From Oopsacas minuta (Eukaryota > Animalia > Porifera), in assembly GCA_024704765.1 (NCBI GenBank), contig JAKMXF010000362.1, positions 1-64,000 of the forward strand: DNA of 64,000 nt, given 5' to 3'. A program made the position numbers and the translations under genes. The notes under the pieces are model-generated. The model saw only the letters and a list, made by a program, of their open reading frames with translations, did no database searches and was not told the DNA's origin. Of this stretch, positions 45,966 through 56,403 are shown one piece after another; positions within the stretch are counted from its first letter, which is position 1; the number at the start of each line of letters is the position of its first letter.

Positions 45966-47531
45966 TCATTTGTACTTCTTTTCTCTCGATCTATCTTGAT
46001 GTGAGTATACCAGTACTAATACTCCTATCACTATGAAGTAAGCAGACAATTGAAAGAGAACAAAAACACGTATTATATTGAATAATAATCTGTGTAATCC
46101 GGTTAAGAAGTAGAGTAGTACTACGAATAGGAAACTAAACAACCCCAATAAGAAAAAGGGAAGAGCCCAGAGTCTGCTCTGCTTAATTTGATTTAAAACA
46201 GAAATTGCATTGAAAATTCTGTTAAAAAGCGCAATCCCAAATAGATACAAAGAATACGAAATGCCGAGAGCTAAAAACAAACTGTTATCAACAGCAAAAT
46301 CCAAATACTGAAAACAATGAAATACTGTGTCCTCAGGGAGAATAGAAACAGTATTATTCTTCAGAAATGTTACAACTAAAGTACTGTTAGCTCCATCCGG
46401 ACATATTATATGTTCAAAATAGAACGCTTCAATAGCTACGAAACAATCAAAGTCTTGGATACAAGTAGAAGAAATCTGTTCTGAGATCACAGTCAGATTA
46501 ATGAACTGGGAGAATGAAAACATTACAGCTATACATATCACTAACCATAAAGCCCACGTACTGCAATTGGATTCTATCCAAGGGTGTTTGGTGTTATTCA
46601 CCAGATTGTACTTGAATCTACCTCCCACAAGCCAATACACACTACCATCTGAGTGCTCGATCAGATGTGCAGAACCTAGTAGTGGAGTGATAGCAGAACG
46701 GAGAGACAGCTCCTGTCCTGTGAAGTATGACAGAACAACCTTAGCTATAGTTACGCTGCAGAGGAGCAGGAAGGGAACTAGGATGCCACATATGAAGTCA
46801 ACTAATACAAATGTCCAGCCAAATTTTAAAGGAATTGCTCTATCGTATTGGGCTATAACTATTGCCCAAGCAAATGAAATTATTCCCAGTAGTACTAGAA
46901 GAATGGACACGTACATAGCAACACAGGAGAGAATGGTTAGAGGAGCGAAACGTTTGCTAACGAACGGTTTGTAAGATACATCAATGTTAGGATTGTTCTT
47001 GACAGTAACTCTACACGTTTTAAGTTTAGTAGCTTCTCCAGATAGTTTAAGTACTGGAGCGTTTTCCAATTGTAGGTCAGATAAAAAGGGCGTGTCGTGT
47101 AAGATAAAGTTAGCATGACACCCTTGAAGTGGATTAGTTGCACCAATTGAAACTGCTGCAATATCCTCGCAACCCTCTCTAACAGTATCCTCGCTACCCT
47201 CTCTAACAGTATCCTCTGGGATTAAGTCTATACTCAGATACTTATGAGAATTTAGATCCTTCAATTCGACCACCTCCTCTGTTCCTTTCTTAGGAGCTTC
47301 CACCAACCTTTCATGGATTACAAACACCATTCCTGTGAGAGTTAGGATAAACGCGAATATGAATGTGAATATAGTATCTCCGAGTATGTAGAAGTAGTAG
47401 TCCAGATTACCTGCTCTAGCTCTGTCATAGGAGAGCACTATTAGAGCCAGGTACCCAGCCAACAGTACTAAGTCCAAAAGAAGCATAGTTAGCAGAATGC
47501 TGAAGGTGATCCATGAGTTCTTTACGTTCAT
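45966..47531 (-). CDS. Orphan multi-pass membrane protein, 521 aa (palindrome left copy)
   Basis: 1566-nt ORF with about 8 hydrophobic helices and a Cys- and N-sequon-bearing loop; translation identical to 59036-60601. Confidence 0.8.
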   Translation of the reverse strand: MNVKNSWITFSILLTMLLLDLVLLAGYLALIVLSYDRARAGNLDYYFYILGDTIFTFIFAFILTLTGMVFVIHERLVEAPKKGTEEVVELKDLNSHKYLSIDLIPEDTVREGSEDTVREGCEDIAAVSIGATNPLQGCHANFILHDTPFLSDLQLENAPVLKLSGEATKLKTCRVTVKNNPNIDVSYKPFVSKRFAPLTILSCVAMYVSILLVLLGIISFAWAIVIAQYDRAIPLKFGWTFVLVDFICGILVPFLLLCSVTIAKVVLSYFTGQELSLRSAITPLLGSAHLIEHSDGSVYWLVGGRFKYNLVNNTKHPWIESNCSTWALWLVICIAVMFSFSQFINLTVISEQISSTCIQDFDCFVAIEAFYFEHIICPDGANSTLVVTFLKNNTVSILPEDTVFHCFQYLDFAVDNSLFLALGISYSLYLFGIALFNRIFNAISVLNQIKQSRLWALPFFLLGLFSFLFVVLLYFLTGLHRLLFNIIRVFVLFQLSAYFIVIGVLVLVYSHQDRSREKKYK

Positions 47532-48385
47532 GCTAAAGTATAAAGTAAATATTACTCACAATATCGACTATCAAGGTAGAACCAGTGTGTTTCCCATTGG
47601 ATTGTTGTGGAGCGCTCATATGTGGGATTGAGTGCAGTCTCGATCGCATATACAAATATTCAGCCCAATGGGTACTCCATATTTAACGCAGCTAGAAATT
47701 CTATACGCTTAAATTCATTGATTAATGAATATTCGAAAAATTCATAATTCTTCTTATCTGAAATATTCGAAAATTTTTCCTGATAGTTCTAAATGTCTTG
47801 TTGATAGAACGTAAATAGGTAATAATATCCCTAAAAATATTCAACAGCTACCGTATTTACCATTCTTTTCGTTGCCATATTCGTATCAATTTTTTACAAT
47901 TTTTGGAAATACGAATGATTTTGGGAAACTATTCTACCAATTTGTTGCATAGCCAATAGAGACCTAAATTTCATCAAAATCTTCAGAGAGTGGTGATAAA
48001 TTGTATTCACAAACCTTGGAACCTTTTTTCTGGTTATACGTACAAGAAATTATAATTACTATACTAAATTACTAATGTGTGATAATTTTCTGTTTACCGT
48101 TAACAGCATACACGCTAGCACTAATTAGTTGTTTCCATCCTTGATATTGATAATTATAATTGGTATTAAATGTGAAGGGCATACATGTTGCTGGAATCAT
48201 ATTGGATGTATTATTTCATTTGTTATAATACACACCCTATATGTAGGGATAGTTTTTAATCATTTGCATCAACAGACCATGGATGGCTAAATTATGCCAT
48301 TTTCAACATTTTATATTAATCCATCATGAGTAACGGTTATTTTTATAGTTTTTCTTTACAGTTGTTTGTAAAGTTTTTATAAACT

Positions 48386-48479
48386 GCCGTAGAATTGCCA
48401 TAGAATTGCCATAGAATTGCCATAGAATTGCCGTAGAATTGCCATAGAATTGCCATAGAATTGCCATAGAATTGCCGTT
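48386..48479. repeat. 11-bp minisatellite (TAGAATTGCCA), 8 units
   Basis: 8 units here versus 4 units in the mirror arm (58132-58183). Confidence 0.9.
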
Positions 48480-50209
48480 GAAATATTAGTCAATACAATA
48501 TACTGCTGTAGAACCTTTAGTCTTTTTCTAGAATAAAACTACGTATATTATCCCTATTAATATTCAAAGACGAAATAGATGATTGTATTATTTAACTAAC
48601 AACTATATCATTTGACTCTGTTTTGCCATAAGTTAGCGCCTGGCTTTTTTCATAGAAACTATAGATTCAAAATTATCTACAATGTCTAATATCAATTGTA
48701 AGAATCATAAAAAGTATAAATTACTTTGCACAGCTTTTGGTTTACAACTAAGATTAAAGTTTCAGCTCTCATTTGTATTCTCTTTCGAGAGGGTTCTTGC
48801 GGAATGGAATTCAGGGTGCTTACCAGTAGTCAAGAATGTAACGATATTATTATTCTCGTTGTAATCCATTTTATTATGGAGATTGTTGAAAAATAAGTTG
48901 AAAAACACTTGAAACATTCCCATTTTATACGTTTGATAGCTAACATATATATTCTCCTATACGACAAAATGTGATAAGAAATCACTAAACATTCGAGACA
49001 TTAAAAAGTACTGTGAATGCACATGCATGAGGTCAGTAACGTAACGGACACCTGTGGGGCCTGGAGTCCAAGATAAAGCTGGGAGCCGAGTATAAGATTT
49101 CAACTTGTTTTATATATATTTCCACGATTATTCTATGCTGTTTCCAAATATTCTCCATTCCCTCAGAACCTAGAATTCAAGATTATTTCTCCCTAAATTA
49201 GACACAGATATCCAAGAATTCGGAAGAAAAATCGAAGTGTACATAGAAAACAACAAACCTCCCCCAAATGTGAAATATCGCACAATCACGAGTTAGTTTA
49301 AAGTTGTATTTATTCTAATTCTAGTAAATTAGAATATAAAGGAAATTTGATCCCAGTCAATACTGCATGACTAGCAAAATGGATATAACGCCTATATACA
49401 GTGTGAAGCTATCTATGTGTTCTATTTATATCGGATGTTATATATATTTATTACAAACAAATATCATCTATGGAGTTTTTAGCTTAGAAACATCCTTTAT
49501 TATTGCAGAGAAAGAATGTTGTAGATTGCTACACATAACCAGGAATTGAATTCGCCAATATAATTGAGTCCTGATTGATGTCCAAAACTGTTAATTGACA
49601 GCTATATTCATGAATGATAATTTTCTGTTTACTGTTTACTGTTAACCACATCAGCAAGTAGCACTAACTGTTTCCATCCTTCATATTGATAATTTGCAGT
49701 GTGCAGTCATGTATATTGAAATCAAATGAAAAGAGCAAAACCCATAACAAACATGTCTTATCCGACTTATCTGAGTAATTATTAACCGAGTTCTACTGTA
49801 TGATACTTCAGATCTATGTAGATATACAATATGTGAACCTTTTAGGTATGCTTGCTTACCAAACTCTGCTATGGTTCCAAAATGGCTGTCAATTCAGATA
49901 ATATACATAAGATCCTTCGTAGCACTCCTCCCATGGGTCCGCCACTCTGACCTCAACTTCTGCGATAATTGCTAGCTTATATATACTTTCTATGCTACTT
50001 TACTACAAATATGCGAATTATCCAATATTCAAATGTAACAACTTATTATTTGTTTGAGAGTAGATTATGCAATAATAATTTATGCAACTTAGCTAAAATT
50101 ATAATATTTATCGCTAGCTAATAGCACTGCAGTAGGTTGTGACATTACAACCTCCACATGTGTGGATTAATTAATATTACATAATGCAGGGGGAATGCTT
50201 GGCAATAAC

Positions 50210-50590
50210 TCATGAGGTAATTTGATACAGTGCATTGGAGTAACAACAAATTTGAACTTTCAAATCCTTCTTTTCACTTATCAACTTATTCTTTTCTGAG
50301 ACTAGTCGTTTGATTTCATTTTCCAATTTAATAGGTTCGTATTTACGTCTCTCAACCGAATACTTTCCATTCCACTCTAATCTCAGATTTTTCAGCTCTG
50401 CTGTATCCCTCACATTCAGGTTTTCTGATATTACTTCTAGCAACTCTTTCTTCAAGCTACATAGCTCTTTAGTATCAATTATTTGGTTTAGCTTTTTGCC
50501 TGATCTCACATCTGCTCTCCAGTTTAGTTTCAATATTATCTCGATTTTCTCAAAATATGATTCCTTATCCTCTGATTCGATCTTATTCAT
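50210..50590 (-). CDS. Degenerate Maf-like bZIP microprotein family B, 126 aa (left arm)
   Basis: ATG at 50590 with TATAAATA at 50619-50626. Paralogous to 54182-54559 (shared ESYF..I..IL..NWR...RSGK.L) and has a C-terminal heptad zipper. Confidence 0.75.
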   Translation of the reverse strand: MNKIESEDKESYFEKIEIILKLNWRADVRSGKKLNQIIDTKELCSLKKELLEVISENLNVRDTAELKNLRLEWNGKYSVERRKYEPIKLENEIKRLVSEKNKLISEKKDLKVQICCYSNALYQITS

Positions 50591-51386
50591 TCTATTTTTA
50601 TTAATTATTATTTGTGTGTATTTATAGTTTATTTTCTGATTTACTTGGTTCATCTCCCTCATCGTGCAGCAATGTATTTCTATACAGGGATTTATCTAAG
50701 TTTATTGTATTCAAACAAACATGCTTAATTCCTCTATCAATCAATTTAATTAGATAATACTTCAGAATCTTATTTGTAAATGTATACTCTAACTTATATA
50801 TTCTCGTAAACCTCTTACCTTCTAAATACTGGAATATACAATTATCATACAATTTGTAGTTTCAGTATTCTAATATTAGACAAACTTATTCGGTACATAA
50901 CTGTCTAAAAGCAGTCAACACTAAATTGATATTTTAATATTTTGTAAGATATTTATGATCATTTCTGGTTTTTGTTGGAAACACAAGAACTGTAATGATT
51001 ACATTGTAATCTTCACATTACAGAAATAATCTCTTTTTACCTACAGAAGTTAGTCTTGTAACTTATTAGTGCTTATGTAATAAGGGTAATACTAATTATC
51101 ACAAATTGACTAAGTAACGGATGATTTTTGCCAGCTAAAGGGAGTGGCTGCTACGAGCGAGTAGGAAATATTCCAAAGATTCTTGATGTGACCTATTCAA
51201 TACTCTAGTAGTTTGAAGAGTTTCTCAACCTGTGGTCATATGACCAAACTCTGTATATTTACGTCGTATTCGAGTCCAAATACTCTTCTATTGCCATTGT
51301 GACCAGATGTGGCCAAATTTGACCAATGTTGAACCACAATATCACTTGTGTGTGGTCTCTATACATCTTATAATAATATACATAAC

Positions 51387-51735
51387 ACGAGCCTTTGGGC
51401 TCGTCGCTTCGCGATTACTCGGCACATTACGCCTCGAGGTATCCATTAAGCTACAAATTGACGACCCCTATGGGTATTATAATATAGCTATATTTAGAAC
51501 AATGTAATTCAAAATATACTTATATGGCATATATTATTGAATTATTTTGTAAGATCAATCCCCTTTGTAACCGTTTAGAGGAAGTATCTACGTAAATTTT
51601 GAGATTTTGCTAATTTGTTTACTATATATTCATAAAAACAATAACAAATTTAGATATGATTAATCTCAAAGTGTGAAAATCAGATTCTGCATATTCGATA
51701 TATTTAGTGAAGTTTTATTGAATTCTATTTACTAA
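51387..51735 (-). mobile_element. Helitron-like repeat, 3' portion
   Basis: Begins with the perfect ACGAGCC-TTTG-GGCTCGT hairpin followed by CGCTTCGC; matches 5952-6230. Confidence 0.6.
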
Positions 51736-51847
51736 ACTAGAATATGAAGTATGTTTTGTGTCTGATAATATTCTGCTGTAAAATTTTATGAGCTTTTTGG
51801 TTTTGTGAGTTGCGCTCGAGATCTACATTATTTTGCAATTGCTGTAT

Positions 51848-52126
51848 CAAGGATTGTTACCGATACATTGGGTTGGAAAAAATATCGAAAAATATCAAAA
51901 TTCGCCGATATTTCTCGATATTTTACTCTAGTCTTAGAATTTAAACTTAGCTAGTGTATTACTCGACTCTAGAAATTGGCGAGATTGCCAATGAAATATA
52001 AGATAATTTCGAAAGAATATCCAATGTTTCCAATACAATATCCGATATTTATTGATATCGAACAATTTCACGATTATCGTATCAATATCGGAGATTTTTC
52101 CCGACATCGATATTTGTACAACCTTG
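51848..52126. mobile_element. P-superfamily-like MITE with 7-bp TSD
   Basis: CAAGG...CCTTG termini and perfect direct repeat GCTGTAT (51841-51847 and 52127-52133); same family as 38377-38551. Confidence 0.7.
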
Positions 52127-54181
52127 GCTGTATTTAGGTAAGTCAGAGTAAATAAAATCACAAGCATTATATCATAAAATTAGAAAACTACATATGTAAC
52201 AATCGGATTCACCATACTGTCCTTCCAGTGAAACCCTTGAGAGTTAATCATATTATTATACACAAAAATACAGCGAATAAATATAAAGTAAATGTTTTCG
52301 CAAGTTAGTGAGCTATGCTAGTTTCATTATTATAATATTCAGAGGGATTAGTTAATTAGATGATAATTATATAAGATTATAGAATCACTAGAACTCAATT
52401 TGTATGATCAATTATTTCTTTTCGTTAATTAATCGTATTTTTCAGTAATCAGTCATCTTTCTATTTAAATTTAGAGAACTGTGAATGATCAATGTGAAGG
52501 AATAAGACCCAAAATATTTCTGAGCTGCTATCCAAATAGTGTACTGAAATGCTCATATTCTCTGCTAGGGCCAATATAGTCAGATAATCCAAGGATATGT
52601 CCATTCAATAATTTCCTTAGTGAGTTATAAAAACTCTCAGCAACACGTAGGGATGTCAAGGAAAGTTCTGGCCAACTTAGGGTCTTATTCCGTATCCCCA
52701 TTTTGTATGAATTCTTTTGATTACATTACTATGCTTGTAATTCTATACTCTAATAGCAAGTGTATGTGAAAGTCCAACAAGATGTACTGAATCAAAACTG
52801 CAGTTTCATTGTGAGCAGAAGCATTACACTAAACAATAATCTATAGTGTGAATTAGGAGAGCAAATCACCCAGCCAATTACATTGTACTAAAATAGTTGC
52901 TAAGGCAAAATTAGTAAAATAGTTAATTGTAAAATCGAACAAACGTTTTCCCTGCTGTATCCTTGTTATTTGATCCCCTTCCGCCAATGGATAAAAGGTT
53001 GACTACACTAATGGTTAGGACCATATAGGGGCGCCGTCAGGGCGGCGCGAGGGGCCGCATTCGCTCCAACTTGAGCAAGTGCTGCGCCAGGAATCCGCCA
53101 CCTGGTCAATAGTGGTGTATTGGTATTTGAAAAGTGGGGAAATGGTGTATCCCTCTGAATGTTCAATAAACAATTCAAATTATACTATCGTCTATCGAAT
53201 TCCAATCAGAGACAGGCTTCAATCCCCTGGTTGTTAGGCATATCAGTATTAATTTTGTTCCAATTACAGTACTGTGGAAATTTAAAAGCAAGAGGCCTTA
53301 GTCAAAAAGAAAACAAAATATATTTTTGTTTATGGAAGAACAAAAGGTGGGGAAAACACGTTCCCCCCAATACATGACTGCTAGCGACCCGAACTGAACG
53401 AAAATTTTGTGTTTAGGACTCTGGAGCGCCTCTGGCATGTGGTAAACAAAATTTTGAATACAATTCAAGGCTGGTTGATTCAATCATGAATTCGGTTAAT
53501 AAGTACTCGGCTTAAGACTTGCTTGTGTACGTTTAACTTAACATAAATGTAGAGATTATCTTATGCAATGAAAGATTCTGAAAGATCAAAGGGCCATGCT
53601 ACCAAATGTGATCCTATGGCGCGAATGCTCCGCCTACCAATAGACCTGGCGGCACCCCCCGGGACCCTGTATTCTCTACACAATTTTGGACGGTTTCCAT
53701 TAGTATTATCTGACTCAATTTGAGTGTAAACATTGTAAACTGCGAATTGATATTTCTAACTAACATATCTTACTAGGAACTCAATAAGGGATTTCTGTAA
53801 TCAAACAATCTGACTTTGTATATATAATTATAATTAGGAAGATTACAATCAGCTAACATTATTTATACAGTGTGAATTTACAAATATACAAATTATATCA
53901 TTTTCATAAAGAATTAAGTATTTAATATATATTCTATTCAGAAGGTGGAGTACGAAGATTTGGAAGTATATTTCAACAGTTACGACAGCGGGATTTAACT
54001 ATGAAATATAGAACTAAACGGTTAGATAATATATATATTATTCAGAAATATATTTGTAATACTCAGATACCTATTTCGATATTTTTAGATTTTTCTTTAA
54101 TTCGCCGATGATATAAAATGGTCGTTTACAATATAAGAGGCATTTTGATTCCTTGGGATGCAATAAGTTCAAGTTCAAGAT

Positions 54182-54559
54182 ATGAACAGTATTGCAGAGC
54201 AGGAATCATATTTCAAAGAAATCCAAAGTATTTTGATGCCAAATTGGAGAGAACAAATTAGATCTGGGAAAACACTCCTAGAGATTGTGGATATTTGTAG
54301 GTTGGATGAAGTGAATATCAGAGAATTGAACTTTATGCTAAAGAACTTAACAAATCTTGACGTAGCTCAGTTGAAATCTCTAAGAATGAAGATAAAAGAT
54401 CGACAATACAGAACTAGAGTTAGTTACAACAATGGAGATAAGCTATTACAAGAAATTCAAGATTTAGAAGCTGAGAAGGAGGCACTATTGACAAAAAGAA
54501 AAGAGATGATGAAAGAAATAAACTTTTATTTACAAGTTATTCAACTTGATACCATATAA
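54182..54559 (+). CDS. Degenerate Maf-like bZIP microprotein family B, 125 aa (palindrome spacer)
   Basis: LDEVNIRELNFMLKNLTNLDVAQLKSLRMKIKDRQY aligns with Maf [36 protein letters not shown]; followed by a zipper. Confidence 0.8.
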   Translation: MNSIAEQESYFKEIQSILMPNWREQIRSGKTLLEIVDICRLDEVNIRELNFMLKNLTNLDVAQLKSLRMKIKDRQYRTRVSYNNGDKLLQEIQDLEAEKEALLTKRKEMMKEINFYLQVIQLDTI

Positions 54560-56022
54560 TCATTACACATATACACATGCATACACATCTAGACATTAGC
54601 GAAGTTTTGCTGCACAGTTCTAATATACTTATACTGTTAATACTTCAAGTATAATTCTTAAATATTAGTTAATACTGGAACTGGAGAAATTACATTATTG
54701 CAATAAAATACCTGCCGCATATATGAGACCAGATTATTAATGACATTTGAAAAATTTCTATTAAGCATTTTTGGTGATTAATCATATTTTCACACATTTT
54801 TGGTGATTAATCATATTTTCACACATTTTTGGTTGATTAATCATATTTTCAAATTATGCTAGAGATTTCGTTTGAACTGCTAGTCAGGGGTAATCGAGTT
54901 TGTAGAATCCACATTTGGCTATTTCAAATCTCGCACTCACTGATCAATCGCATGATTAGTAACATTCTCACACCTTTTGCACACATTTCAAATTGATACA
55001 AGAGATCTCATTTCAATAGGTAGACTCAGGGTAATTATTTAGAATTTATTCGTAGGAAGATGTTCAGTGGCGAATAATATTGAATATCCTGAAATATTTC
55101 TCAGATCCAGACAGGAGCCCAAAATCAGTTGGGATCTGGTGCATTGCGGTATCTACACTGGGGGTCATGGGGTACGTGCCCCCCTTGAAATAAACAAACA
55201 CATATCCCTGAGCTGCACTTCCAGTCTGTCGGCTGGATATATTTATTATAATCTGGCAGTAGATTTATAGGTATTACTACACTATGAGTGATTTACAATT
55301 TTACAAATACAGTACGTACTCGACAAAAGAGAAATAAGTTCCTTCTTGTATATTTGTGAATAGTAACTTTCGTTGTTATGCCTCCATTACTAAACCACCA
55401 GTACTATATAGCAGGACTAGATCACTAGTAGTAGAGGCTGTGCAATGCTAAAATTATCTTGCTAATTAATACTAAATAGATCACAAGATTTACTAGAGTA
55501 AGTAAGAGATAGAATTGCAGTATAACCAATGAAGCAAATAATCACTATTATTCTTGCATTTTACAATCATTAATCAATCCATCTATTATTGATAATGAGA
55601 TTACTATAACAAAATAATACAATAATGATAAATTTCATATATAAATATTTTACAAAATATTAAAATATCAATTTAGTGTTGACTGCTTTTAGACAGTTAT
55701 GTACCGAATAAGTTTGTCTAATATTAGAATACTGAAACTACAAATTGTATGATAATTGCATATTCCAGTATTTATAAGGTAAGAGGTTTACGAGAATATA
55801 TAAGTTAGAGTATACATTTACAAATAAGATTCTGAAGTATTATCTAATTAAATTGATTGATAGAGGAATTAAGCATGTTTGTTTGAATACAATAAACTTA
55901 GATAAATCCCTGTATAGAAATACATTGCTGCACGATGAGGGAGATGAACCAAGTAAATCAGAAAATAAACTATAAATACACACAAATAATAATTAATAAA
56001 AATAGAAACAAATACAAATAGA

Positions 56023-56403
56023 ATGAATAAGATCGAATCAGAGGATAAGGAATCATATTTTGAGAAAATCGAGATAATATTGAAACTAAACTGGAGAGCA
56101 GATATGAGATCAGGCAAAAAGCTAAACCAAATAATTGATACTAAAGAGCTATGTGGCTTGAAGAAAGAGTTGCTAGAAGTAATATCAGAAAACCTGAATG
56201 TGAGGGATACAGCAGAGCTGAAAAATCTGAGATTAGAGTGGAATGGAAAGTATTCGGTTGAGAGACGTAAATACGAACCTATTAAATTGGAAAATGAAAT
56301 CAAACGACTAGTCTCAGAAAAGAATAAGTTGATAAGCGAAAAGAAGGATTTGAAAGTTCAAATTTGTTGTTACTCCAATGCACTGTATCAAATTACCTCA
56401 TGA
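56023..56403 (+). CDS. Degenerate Maf-like bZIP microprotein family B, 126 aa (right arm)
   Basis: Differs from the left copy by V/M and S/G substitutions; TATAAATA at 55971-55978. Confidence 0.75.
   Translation: MNKIESEDKESYFEKIEIILKLNWRADMRSGKKLNQIIDTKELCGLKKELLEVISENLNVRDTAELKNLRLEWNGKYSVERRKYEPIKLENEIKRLVSEKNKLISEKKDLKVQICCYSNALYQITS

Larger units (their letters stand above)
45678..50956. repeat. Left arm of a 15.2-kb palindrome
   Basis: Reverse complement of 55641-60889; mirrored ORF coordinates sum to 106567 in the outer part and to about 106611-106613 inside the VNTR. Confidence 0.97.

Noticed and set aside
46501-47161. ORFs of 157 and 74 aa conserved in both palindrome arms
   Set aside because: Identity simply follows from the duplication; they overlap the 521-aa gene. 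Used only as evidence of nucleotide identity.
50591-50662. Upstream in-frame ATG giving a 150-aa bZIP-B
   Set aside because: It lies upstream of the TATA box and is out of frame in the mirror copy because of the 16-bp indel.
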